Of a stretch of DNA of 40,073 bases, positions 12,281-24,079 are shown piece after piece. The notes under the pieces were generated by a model. The model did not search any database, was not told the DNA's origin, and was given only the letters and a program-made list of their open reading frames with translations. Origin of the DNA: Catajapyx aquilonaris (Eukaryota); assembly GCA_000934665.2 (NCBI GenBank), contig JYFJ02000935.1, positions 62,001-102,073 of the forward strand, given 5' to 3'. Made by a program: the position numbers and the translations under genes. Each line of letters starts with the position of its first letter. Position 1 is the stretch's first letter.

Positions 12281-14721
12281 ACCTGATCAAAATATACGTC
12301 CTCTATAAAAGGCTAAACCTCGACAAATAATAAGCACAGTCGTACCGGTAACAAGACACTAAGCTCCATTCTGACTGGCATTTACATAATTTTTGAGAGC
12401 AACAAAGTTTAACACGAAACCAAACCTGGTGATGATACATTTCCTCATTTTCCCCCTCTGTCTATACAATATAGCGCTAACTAGTGGATCCGAATAGCAA
12501 AGAAAACAACGCATATGGGAACTTTTATGCGAAAAAATCATACATGCAATTGACTAAAAAAGTATCATTCTTCCACCACTTCCTACTTTAATTCAAACAA
12601 TTAAAGTACAATACTAAAAAAACTTGATAGTGCGTCAGTATAAGAATGGGACTTTATGAGCGTAACACTCTTCGACAGTAATTGTTGGGCATAACCGGAA
12701 TTAGATCAATTTATGGACAATGATTCCCAGGGAGCTTGAATAATGAAACATGTTAATCGGCTCTAGAGTCAGAGTTGTGTGCTTGAGAAACAAAACTTGG
12801 GAATTGAAAAGCCGAAATGCCTGAAGCCAAAGGAAGCCTCGCTATATATATCTGCTGCAAAACTCGATGCAAGTTTCAGCTGATATTACTGAGGCAAGAC
12901 TTAAGTGGAGTGGAGCGGAGCGGTGCAAATGCGAACAGAGAATTTCTAAGCCCAACTTCAAACGTCTTACAGTGCGATATACTGTAACAGACAAGAACAG
13001 AGTGCCAAGTGCAAAGTGCCAGCTCATTTAAAATATTCATATAAAAGGTTCCGGGCATATGACTTAACTGCGTACGTGTTAATTTGTACCAACCAGGGTG
13101 TACACAGACTTATTATTGTCACGCAGTGTGAAACTCACACAAACTTTGCTCTAACTAAATGTTTAATTGGTGCAATAAAGCCTGGCCGTGACTGCTGCTA
13201 GTACACACAAAAGCAATTTTCCGTCACGCCACAAGCCACCTTGGACCTCAAATTAGGCCTATAACCACAGGTAATAGCAATCTGACCTGGAGGTGACACC
13301 TGCAATAGTAAAGTGACAAACGCACCTCCCACCTTTAGTTAGGTCATCTCCGGGTTCCTCTCTACTAAGCTTCCAACTGCATGAAAAAGGTGGCGGGGCC
13401 AGAGAGCGTTAATTGCGGCCTCTGCGCTTGACACTCGCCTAATGAATCATGCAGAGGTGGGGTGGTAGAATCGATGCCTGCTGTACCATCTTCGCCTCGA
13501 CTCACTTCTCATCCTCCAAAGGACATTTCTATAGAATCGCCAGAAGCTGCTTTCACACTACTTGCTTTTACAAACCTATTCAGACGCATTTGCGCAAATA
13601 ATTTCATAGGCTAAAATGAGTCATATTGGGTAGACTGGCACAACTATATGCTATCTACGGCTGAGCCTGCAAATTGCATCAAAATCACTTGAAACACATT
13701 CTGACGATAATTGAACGTGCTATTTTTCATTAATATGTGGGATCGACGCTTTCAAAAAACTGAAGCTCGTAATGACGTGGAACAATGTGTCGGATTGCCA
13801 GCCATTCCTTTTTTACCTCACCCCCTGATGCTACTGGTTTTGATGACTGCGGAAAGGGGGGTTGCGATGACCTCTGTTCTCCATTATAAAATCGTTCGTG
13901 ACCTGATAATAGGATTACGAGGATAAAACTTTGGCGGACAACATCCCACATTTTCCTGTTTCAACCCCTCGCTTGGGCGTCCCAAAGTTTCCGCTAGTTC
14001 AGTACCCGGATTAGGCCAATTAACCCTACATGAAAACCAAAAACGCATTATAACTTTCGAAGTCCATTTGTGACTTTGCGACATTTACCTGCTACATAAT
14101 GACTTAATAATGGGCTTCATAAGGACTAAATTAATTTCCCGACTCTTCCTAGTCTCGGTTCATTAACGAATAATCCCCACGCAGGGGGAAAATTTTTGAG
14201 CACGCTCGAAAAACCCGGTGGTTTGCAAAACACGGGGCACGCAATAAATTAACGGCATCATGCGCTCCAATCTGGAGCCCAATTGAACTTCCAGGCAAAA
14301 CCAGAAGAGGTCACAGAGGAACTGACCTTGCGGCTAATGCCTGCCACTTATGTAACCACAGCAGCAGCTAGAGAGGCATTGCGCACTCTTCAAGTCTGGA
14401 GTATTACTCGTAATGAAACTACAAGGAGGCATTAAGCTTCTCCCGGAACTCGGATGATTTGCATGCCGCTGCTTCCTCACTCACTCTATAATACTCTATG
14501 CGTAATGCACCCCCACTGCTAATCGTTACGCGCTTGCTAGGCCCGGGCTGCACACCAAAAGACGCCATATTTGTCCCTAGTGCTGAGTCTTCGTTTATGG
14601 TCAGTTTGGTGCAGGACTATAAAAGGAGACTCGTTTGCTTAAATTTGGTAGAGTGTTGACTTTGCAATTGAACTTTAAAAGTTAGTGCCTACACTACACC
14701 ACAAGGTGAAGCATTTCGGGC

Positions 14722-14973
14722 TGGTGTCCCCTGGCTCAGCAGAGCACGAGAGGCATGGCGGACAAGCCCGGTTTCTCACTTCTTTTCAATGTTCAGTACA
14801 CACGAGACGCCCGAGACTGTGGCCATCTGGCGCTGAAACTTGTGGCACACGTCCATGCCCACTATCTGCCACCAGATAAATTAGTCCTTAGGTCAACACC
14901 GATGTTTGTTACAGCCGAGCACGACGGAATATCAGCTTGCGCTAGAAGAAGGCTCATGAGAGGAATGGTATGA
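14722..14973 (+). pseudogene. Possible decayed THAP zinc-finger coding relic (P/Harbinger/Kolobok-type transposon ORF)
   Basis: Across frameshifts the order of motifs is WC..PG.S / KPGFSLLFNV..RD / AIWR*NL (14822-14842) / PPDKLVLRS..F / RRRLMRGMV. This parallels THAP order: CCVPGC, SLF..P.D, W.RNL, VCS.HF, RRL..GAVP. A TATA-like CTATAAAAGG lies upstream at about 14617. The key Cys/His residues are partly lost. Confidence 0.4.
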
Positions 14974-15218
14974 AGGGAAATGATGAAATCTGTCGTGGTT
15001 ACAAAATTATAAAGAAATTAAAGTATGTTTATTATCCTGTTACATCATGTAGTACTATACAGTATAATTAATATTCTTCGTAAGTGCTCCCTTGAATGCG
15101 TGGAACATAATAGCAAAAATTGTGGTAGGCGTGCGGCAGTTAACTGACATTTTATGGTCATGATTGCGGATACATAAATGAATACAAATAGCAAAGTCTA
15201 ACAGTGCGCGTAGCAAAA

Positions 15219-15230
15219 GGGGGGGGGGGG
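15219..15230. repeat. Poly-G tract (G12)
   Basis: 12 consecutive G. Confidence 0.95.
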
Positions 15231-15565
15231 AATTCTCTATACTCCTCATATAATATTCATAACAAATATGAGACTAACATGGTGAGAAAAAAGCACTTCA
15301 GAAGTATAATTTAATGCCTTATACAGGACGACATAAGCAGACACAAGCAGCAAGTCCGACTGGGTGGTAACCGTTCTGCGAAGTGCATTGTGCATGTGGT
15401 GTAACAATGAGGGTCGAGTGCACTAGATGAGCTATAAGCACTTCTTACTTTGTGGCTGGCAGCACCAACTTAACAAGGCAGATCCCACCTCTCAGAGTTC
15501 CCTACATTAAGGTTGGCCAGCTAAAATTTTTACAAGCACCATGTCAAGTGTTGCCAATCACATAA

Positions 15566-15750
15566 ATGAAACTGAATTATAACTGTTCACGCTCCTTACA
15601 CAGCGTGGGGCTGTTTCATCTGTGTTTCATATGAAGGAATTTCATCAAAGAATGGTTAAATAAATGTATGGAAGTGTGGATATGTCTAAAATGCAACTTC
15701 TGGCGTGGGCGTTCGATAGTGAATTCAGACGCAGCTCGTCAACTGGACAG
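15566..15750 (+). pseudogene. Decayed mariner transposase N-terminal HTH fragment
   Basis: ATG at 15566, then after a frameshift LFTLLTQRGAV...MKEFHQRMVK*MYGSVDMSKMQLLAW (to 15708). This matches the mariner pattern 'EQRAVI..L....EIHRRM..VYG...MS..QV..W'. It is followed in another frame by NSDAAR, similar to 'V.D..RSGRP'. Confidence 0.5.
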
Positions 15751-17633
15751 GTGGGAATGGTGGTTGGAGAAATTCGGAGTAGTCAACATGGTGTCAGCAC
15801 ATAGTTACAAATGTTCACCCACAGTACAGCAGGTTAACGTTATGTAAGACTTATGCTTATCATTTAGCTTGCAGTAAGTTCTTGTATGTTACATTATATT
15901 CCGGCGCATCAAAATTACCACATACTAATAACAGTAGCTAGTGACTTTCCTGTTGTTCACTACAACTAGTTGTGTTGATGCTATGCCCATCGATTGGAGC
16001 TACTAGTAACACCAGGTAATACACTAATTAATACCTCGAAAGCAGATACTGCTGATTTTACGATACTGTAGGGAGATATAAATGAACAGGTGAGTGGGAG
16101 AAGGATAGACTAACATTCCAAAAATATCGCAAATGAAACGGAGATAGAAGTTTTGCAGGTTTTGTACAGTACAGTATATGCTATCAGGCGAGTGTCAAAA
16201 GGGGGATATTCCTGTCTTGCCTATTGTTGAAGTCTGGCTTGAAGGCTTTGTGTAGTGGTAGAAAAATATTCTTGGATCACGGAACTTTCCAGTTCAAGAA
16301 ACAAGTTCATTTGGAGCTCCCCAGTGTCAAAGTATAGCCTACATGGTGGGAGAGTTACAATCAATATTATGTCAAAATTTTACACGATATCTCCGAATTA
16401 ACTGACTACATACCTAAAGAGTGCAAGCCATTTCATACTGAAATTCTTATGTGCATTATCTTGTGTGAAGCACCGAGGACAGTGACAAGGATGAGTAGAA
16501 ACTGTCACAATCATCATTGTTGTATTGTGTGAAACTATTTTAAACATTTTAAATTCACCATTGAGTATTTCTGTCATAAAAAACTGTTATTATTTACCTG
16601 CTGTCAAAGCATTGAATGGAAAATATGTGACATTCCAGCATCTATAGTAATTAATACCTAATAAAGTATAACGAGAATTTCGCTTTGATATTTTGGGATT
16701 GAACACTTACTGACTAGGCCTGTAATAGCATAATGGTAGCCTAACCTTTAAAACACTATTATCTCGTCAGTAAACTATTTTGTGCATTTCCCGAAAACTA
16801 ACCAAACTGGAATGTTATCCTTTTTCCACCCACCCGTACAAAATATTTTTCCCAGATTTATCATTAGGTTCAATCAAATTCACCCTCTCACTATAATTGC
16901 ACGCACTAGCATTATTTGGCATCACACGATGTGTGTACGGTGCACCGATAATCATATTTCACCAGCAAAATCACTAATGCTATTAATTACTTCACATTAA
17001 TGAGTAGACGCTGCAAAGCATAAACTCGATACACGGCATGAAAACTACAATCATTCTATTTAATCCCGCATTGTACGCGACCGCAATGTTATAATGGCCC
17101 TTAACGCAGCCGGGACCAAAGTAACTACACAGAGAGAGGGTTGGCTGGCCATTGGTCCTCAAAATAATCAGGTTACATAATTTTTAATAAAACCTCTCCC
17201 CTGATTCCCCTTCCCTCCCTGGATTCCCCCTCTTTGGTTCTGGGTGTGGAAGTGAATGCGGGAATTAACCCTGGGCAGGTTATCAGAATCGGGGGGAATG
17301 GGAACCACCCGAAAACTCATTTGATAGGCACATTACAATGCGTTAATGCTCTTGATCGCAGTGATACACATAGCCTACCAGTGGGGGTTCATTAGAAGAA
17401 CATCTGGAATGCAATGTGCGGGTCAGGTGGTACAGGGGTCAACGCTTATGAATTCGAGAGTATGAATGGGGACGTTGGGCATCGTTTCAAACAACTTTGG
17501 GGGTAGGGAACAGGACCGTGTTTTCGACATGGTTTTAGACAAATGAGATGGTTGAGGGGTAGGTTTATACAGGGTGTAGTATTGGAACCAAAGATGGTGC
17601 TCAGCCTGTGAAATGTTCAAGTTTCCGATATGG

Positions 17634-17730
17634 TACAGTGAAACTTGTGAAGTTGGACACCCTAATAATGTTGGACATTTTCCTTGGAATAACCGTCAGT
17701 GTCCAACATAATTATACAGGTTTAACTGCA
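17634..17730. mobile_element. Short Tc1/mariner-superfamily (pogo/Tigger-like) MITE
   Basis: Termini are TA-CAGTGAAACTTGT (17634-17648) and ACAGGTTTAACTG-CA (17716-17730): 13-bp TIRs with 2 mismatches, starting CAGT. The left TA is intact and the right one reads CA. Subterminal motif GTTGGACA occurs twice on the left and once inverted (TGTCCAAC) on the right. Confidence 0.65.
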
Positions 17731-19128
17731 TAAGCATCGGATCAAAAATCGGGTTGCTCTAACAGCTCATTTCTGGAGTAATTAACTGCCAATCACTGTG
17801 CTTGTACCCAATTTGCTCCTTTGACTGGGCGCCTTACGGCAGTCATCTGATTACACTTGCAACTGTATAACATCCCGACAACAATAAATTCGATCGGTTG
17901 GAGAAGCGACAGTGGAGTGAACCTCCTCACGTACAGTACTTTGGTTCACTTAGGTACAATAGTACCGTAGAATAGAGTCGTGTATTGGAATTCAGATATA
18001 CGGCAGTAATCGCAAGTCATGGGCAATTCTACGTAATTTATTGGCATTACATTTGAAAGGCGAGCTTTACTGGTACATAAATCACAAACATCTGCAATGG
18101 CCCATTCTTTCCGAATTTTTAACTCACATTTCTTGTATTAGTTTCATATCTACAATAATTAAGAATATTTTAAAATCAGCCAAGCAATACTTTGCACATA
18201 ACAGCTCAGGAAAAAAACAACAGAATTTATATATATCCGAGCTCCTCAAATGTGGGCAACGAGACGGAAGAGCATCCAAAAGAAAGGACTGGAAACTGCG
18301 TCTATTTCCATTCGCATCATCAAAAAGAAAGAAAATGAACTCGAACTATCAACTAAAAACGTCCCCTCACTCTCTTCTTCTTTCTTAACACAACAAGGGG
18401 GGAAAATAGAAGGGCTGCATAGGACGAAAAAATAGAACTTTCAGGGAGTGCTAAAGTCCAAGAAGAGCTGACTGGAATTCCAGCACTGGAGTAAAATGCT
18501 CAACACGATCTCGAGCTCATTTTAAGCCTCAGTGCTCGCAATAAAATGACATAAAAGGCGTTTTCAATTCCACTCCCTACCGAGCCCTTGGCTCGTTTTA
18601 ATTTCACACAATTTATCTATACTTTCTTTTGCCAGACTTTTGCCTGGACCCCCTCTACAACAACGTTTCATTGTCGTCTCCATGCATTTTTTCCCCCTAC
18701 ATGAGGCTCTAGTCATAGCGAGTGGATGTCGGCAGGATTTATTTACATACACCCCTGCTCCGCATAATTTTATTTTCGTACCCCCGCAGTGGTGCCATTT
18801 CATGTGGGTTTCGTCAAATCACAGTTACATTTCCCGTCCTGGATTTGCGTAATCAGAAAAAAGTGGCGCACTCCCCACTGCAGGGAACTGAACTTGTCAT
18901 GCTGAAACTCTGTCGTGTACTTCTGTGAGCACTTTATTCCAGGGAGGACGCTTAGGCCTAATATTTGATGTCTTCGTTTCCAAATAAATTTGTTTCATCT
19001 AACTGTGCCACAACGATGTACAGTACTTACGTTTATCACTTTGAACCTGTCTATTTCAGCCTTGAGGGGATACAACAGTGGTGGCGATGGCTAGGTGTGT
19101 TCCAGGGACTCCTACATAGTCCTTTCGA

Positions 19129-19425
19129 CAACATGGTGGCAATAATTTAAAACTACTAATTTTTCACTACCATACCGATTTGAACTAGACAACAAATGAA
19201 CCGGAAACCAACGTGTACTTCCGGCGCAATTCCCACGCAGTATGAAACCCTCCAATCAGCAAACCAATAACTCAAACTTGGGCGCCAGTTTGGATGGGTG
19301 AGAGGGGAGCTAGCGAGGGGGCGATCCATCGGCGAATTGCCCGCCAGTTAATTGGTCTTCGGGCAATCAGGCAATGATGTTGCCAATCAGCGGTATGCCG
19401 ATGACAACAACGTATTGGCAATCAG
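19129..19425 (-). promoter_or_regulatory. Promoter-like motif cluster (YY1-like, ETS, CCAAT-like)
   Basis: CAACATGGTGGC at 19129-19140 reads GCCACCATG on the minus strand. ACCGGAAA lies at about 19200 and ACTTCCGG at 19217-19224. CCAAT occurs at 19252 and 19264, and CAATCAG four times (19253, 19364, 19384, 19419). A minus-strand GTAAGT donor sits at 19030-19025. Motif evidence only. Confidence 0.3.
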
Positions 19426-21208
19426 CGAGTTGGGCCAAACATTTCGGCCCTCGATATCTTTAGTACCCCCTCCTGGCTGCAGGCTAGCAATTTCTTCAAA
19501 CTACTTCCCCAAAGTAAAGCCCAAGTGCAAACTGGAAAAGCGGGGAGGCAATTCGCGTCATTCCTGATGATCTCCAAATTAACTTACGGACGTAATTTCC
19601 ATCTCAACACTTGCGTAACAGCCACCCAGGAAATGACAGCAGTCCTGAGCGAACGATTTGCGCCACCATATTCCCCCACCAGCCGCACCCAACACCCCCT
19701 CTAGGACCAGATGTAACAGTCTTCCCAGGCCCTACTTTTCATTACGTTTGCGACGGTATGCGAAAACTGTCCCCAAAATTTAATAATTATACCCTTTGAC
19801 AAACTGATGAACCCAGGGCGATGGGAGAATTTCATTATTAAGTATCCGAGGCTCCCTTGCACGCCCGACTGCCGCCATCCTAATAACATTGTTAGCCTTC
19901 CTAGCTGTGCAAACTTCCTCCACCACCAAACCCTAACCCTCCACACGACAAGACTCAAAAGAACTCTTCCTTCCTCACTTTGCCGGCAGCGGACAATCCA
20001 ACTACGTCAAATGCTAACTGCAACATCCCTCCCCTCTACGGATAACAAAGTTATGCCTGCACTATGCAGAAGAGATGGAAAGGCGGGTGGGGGGTAGAGA
20101 GGTAGAAATGTACTAATGAGTTCCGACGAGGTGTTTCTACTTCATCGTCGACGCTTGTGGCCTGCACGAAATAATTACGTTCCTGGGTACACTCGCCTCA
20201 GATGAAACATCAAGGGCGCATCCGCTCTAATATCTGCGCGGAATGACTTGTGTTCGAAAGTACGGCAGCAGGGATGGGGCCGATGGGAGGGTCCTAAGCA
20301 GATTTATTCACCGTTTTTTTGTCTGCTTCATAATATGCTGTGCCTCGCGCTTTTACGATTGCCTTCTATTTCACTTTAGTGCGCCATCACATCCATATTA
20401 AGGAGCGCAACTGCAGGGATAAAAAAAAACGTAAGGGAGGGCATCTGCAGGCCCCAGAGAAAAATTAGAGATCCTTCCAGTCAGCGGATATATAAAATAT
20501 ATAAGTAAAATTAAGGTGGGCCCTTTAAAAATTTTATGGTGAGATGTTTGGTACAAATCAGTTAACCTAATGTTTCTGTACATAATAGTTACACAAATTC
20601 GGCGCAGTAACTGTTTGAAAACAAACTGTTATGCTTAGTACACATAGCTTAAGGCTATAATTCCTGGGAGAGCCTGCGGTTTTTTTCTATTTTAATATTA
20701 TTATTTCCTGGGAATACAATCCTAGTAGCTTGGAGGTGAATGAAGACTCGAAATACATGGCGGTTGGGAGAGAATCTACCGCCTGCGGCTTCCTCTCGAA
20801 ATAATTAGCAATCCAAAATCTCTTGTCAGAACTCGGCGCCAGCGGCGAGATGAAAACGCGAGCTTTTCCAGCAAACCTAGTCTCGCGAAGCAACTCGTCC
20901 AGATTTCGCGACCTTCCAACAGCGCACTTATTACCATCAGTGAAAGCACGCTTGGCAAACCTCACTGTGTTTCTATGCAGATCTAACCGTAACAAAGCTA
21001 CTATCTCCAAACTTGCCAATTAGATGTTCTGCATCTAGGAGGTCATGCCCTGCCTTGTGCACGTATACGCTAGTTGCAACCAGAGGCTTTGCAGGTGTTT
21101 TAATAAGTGAAATATTGTGGTTTCAGCAAAGCCAGCTTGGCCTAAGTTTCAGGTTTGTGTTCAGGAGGACAGGGAGCGTCACAACTTTTCGTGTTTTTTG
21201 TTATGGCC

Positions 21209-21252
21209 ATGCTTCTATGCATATTACAGTCCTGTAATATGCATAGAAGCAT
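21209..21252. repeat. Perfect hairpin, 21-bp stem, 2-nt loop
   Basis: ATGCTTCTATGCATATTACAG-TC-CTGTAATATGCATAGAAGCAT. Confidence 0.92.
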
Positions 21253-21326
21253 ATGTTACGTTATTATGAAGCAGGTTTGTGTAACATACGAACATACGTG
21301 CTTGCATATGTTTAAAACATAAGAAA

Positions 21327-21544
21327 ATATCATCGGCATACGACTACTAGTGAAACACACTGTCCAAACAACTGTCCAAAGAGAAGATTTCACCTTGGAC
21401 TTGTTTACATGCTAGTGATGGCAGAAAATCCTGGCTTGCTGGCTTCTTCAGGCGATAGAGCATCCAAAAATTCAACTTAGTGGTATAAATCATTCAAAAC
21501 CGCCAAAACTGGACTTTGTTGCTTCACTAGTATGCCCACGATAT
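21327..21544. mobile_element. Degenerate MITE-like element with ~35-40 bp imperfect terminal inverted repeats
   Basis: The left end is ATATCATCGGCATAC[GACTAC]TAGTGAAACACACTGTCCA. The reverse complement of the right end is ATATCGTGGGCATAC-TAGTGAAGCAACAAAGTCCA. The interior is non-coding and both flanks are AT-rich. No unambiguous TSD. Confidence 0.5.
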
Positions 21545-22242
21545 ATTCTAGAGCACCGTGTATTCCGGTGCTGAAATAATAACGAGTAATTATGTTAAAT
21601 TATGAAAAAGCTGCATAACAAGAAATTAAAAAAACTATAGCTAACCTCGATGCAAGCTAATTAAAATGCTCCAACTAATCCAGTAGGCAAACTCACTACT
21701 TTATTGACTCTCAGTGCTCACTATATGAAAGCATGCAATAATTATGTAAGAAACAGGTAAAAATCAATTCATTGCAACTGAACTCCTGATGAATCCTGAC
21801 AATTTCCATTACCGTTTCAGGTAATCATTAAAAAGATGAGTTGAATCCAAGAGTGCTGAGTCAAATAGAAAAAAATGGTGTTAAAGTTGAACAGATAAGC
21901 CAGAAAAAAAATTGGAGTGAATTAAAGCCTTCAGAGAGGTCATAAAATGCTGGGGTTTGTGAGAAAAGCATTGTGTGGGTGTGGAATAAGGAGTTCGGGA
22001 AGGAATTGGCGAGAGGAACGGGAAGGACAGCCCATTTGCACCGACGCCACCGACGGTTGGAACCGTTGGAAATATGAAAAAAAATCTCTTGTAAGGCGAC
22101 GCACTCTGTCGGATTGACCTTCCCATCTAAGCTGTCGGAGCAGAGCAATAACGCGAATATTACAGCCTGCCTGCCGAGCGAAGAATATTGAGCTGTCTCT
22201 TATGATAAAAAGCTCCCGATGCTGAGGTGAAATGCCTGAGTA

Positions 22243-22255
22243 GGGGGGGGGGGGG
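22243..22255. repeat. Poly-G tract (G13)
   Basis: 13 consecutive G. Confidence 0.95.
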
Positions 22256-22567
22256 TGCAGGGGATTCGCAAAAGGCGACTAACAGCCGACGTGATTTCCG
22301 ACCACTCAAACATGCTGCACCATCCATGCGCCATCCAGTCTTTTAAATTTTATCCTCCCCACTCGGATTCGATTCAGGAAGGTTTTTCCATGGCCTTTTT
22401 ATTTTCTGTGGAAATCATGCGGGTGGTTATAAGCCCGGTTGGATTTTTTTTACTCTCTTTGGAAATATGCGAATACATTCGCAGATATTTGATATGATCT
22501 TTGCTAGTAGGGATGATCAAACACTTTTGAACCATCGCGTCGCGTCGGCTTGGTTTATGTTCTTGCC

Positions 22568-22855
22568 GTGTCATATCATATAAACACGATAGGGACAAAC
22601 TTTCGACACAGAAAAAGATGTCATATGATACTATATGGAATATGATATTTCGTAAACACGTTTTGTGTCAAATGACACAACTGGGGAGCCACTTGATATG
22701 ACACTATGTCCTAATTATGTTACGTGCAAAAATGCGTCAAAACGTGTCAGGTGACACACGTGTGGAAGGATGCCACATACAGCATGTATGTCACAGGGCA
22801 TACGTGTGGTTTTCTGCGACATAACATGTGTCTTTTAACTCTTATTTTCGTGTCG
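22568..22855. repeat. Array of GTGTCA/TGACAC motifs in both orientations, probably subterminal repeats of a decayed DNA transposon
   Basis: Perfect copies occur at 22568, 22665, 22673, 22699, 22744 and 22752, plus several one-mismatch copies. Tail-to-tail pairs share a 2-nt spacer: GTGTCA-AA-TGACAC, GTGTCA-GG-TGACAC, ATGTCA-TA-TGATAC. Confidence 0.6.
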
Positions 22856-23722
22856 TAAGCGTTATACAGTATATCGGCAAAAAAGCACCATTTTGTTGGG
22901 TAAAAACGGTTTGTGTGTAGTCGTAATGCGCTGTGTGGTTTTTCAAGTTTAACAAGGACTCAGCTGTATCACGTAGATAATAAGAGTCATATGTTGTTCG
23001 TTAGTAACGGACAGTTAACACCACTACCTGTAGTAATATCATCATTCTCGGATGCGCGGGAAAAAGAGCATAAGTCAGAAAATGTGAAAATTGAGTTATA
23101 TGTCCTGTTATGCCAGTTATGGTCACAAGGAGTCCCTCTTGGTTCTGCCAGAAGGCTGCATGTCAAGCCCTAAAACCAGGCTAGGAAAAAAAATGTGCGA
23201 GTAAGGGTATGTCATGTTTACAAGAAGTCCAGTATTTAAGATAAACTGCACTCCTGACAAATGAACTTTTTGACTTTTGATCTTTTTCCCGCTCATACGA
23301 GAATTATTAGCATAGGTGCGTGGTAATCTAAAGCTTACAAAGTACAACTTCCGTGTAATTTTTCTGTTTTGTGTGTGTAATAGTGTGGAATTTGAATTAC
23401 TGTATTACTTCCACGGATAACATTATAGGATTTCATGTAAACATGCTTTACTGACATGCGTCTATAGTCCTTCAGAGCCTATGTCATATATTTATGCAAG
23501 CTTGCGTATTATACCGGTAGTTATTATTTCTTGCATTAGAAATTACTTCTCGCCCACTGCCGTATAATCAAATTAAATATACGAGTAAGGCATGTGAGAG
23601 TAGCCTTTACTTGTTTCTCCTGCATATTTCAGTATTATCTAAGTACAGTAATATCACCCACACATGATCTGTAGGCCCAAGAAAATTATACAGTACAAAC
23701 TTTATAATGTGATTGTCTTATG

Positions 23723-23782
23723 CGTTCAGTAGAAGATTGTGCATGTGCCCATGGGCACATGCACAATCTTCTATACTGAACG
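23723..23782. repeat. Perfect 44-bp palindrome with extended arms
   Basis: TAGAAGATTGTGCATGTGCCCA|TGGGCACATGCACAATCTTCTA (23730-23773) has no spacer. The arms continue as CGTTCAG / CTGAACG past a 2-nt TA bulge. Confidence 0.92.
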
Positions 23783-24079
23783 TCTCTCTATACGCGTTCA
23801 TACGTTACAACCCCCTATGATTGAATACAGCTATCCTTTTGTGATTCATGCGTATTGAGAAGCCAACTTTACACTGCACTGCATTTAGTGTGTAAGGTTT
23901 CAGGGACTGCTGCAGAGGTATTCAGACCAACATTACTTGACTCTTCTGCTAATGCTAGTAAGTAATATTTTATAAGAACCAATAGAAATCAGACGTACGT
24001 ATAAAAATATGGATTTAAAATTCCACAAATATGCGAAAGTGGACTGGGTTAGACTATACTGATCGCGGGTGGTTCCTAA

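Noticed and set aside
21110..21140. ILWFQ peptide reminiscent of homeodomain helix 3
   Set aside because: It lacks the NRR that follows WFQ, and there are no upstream helices.
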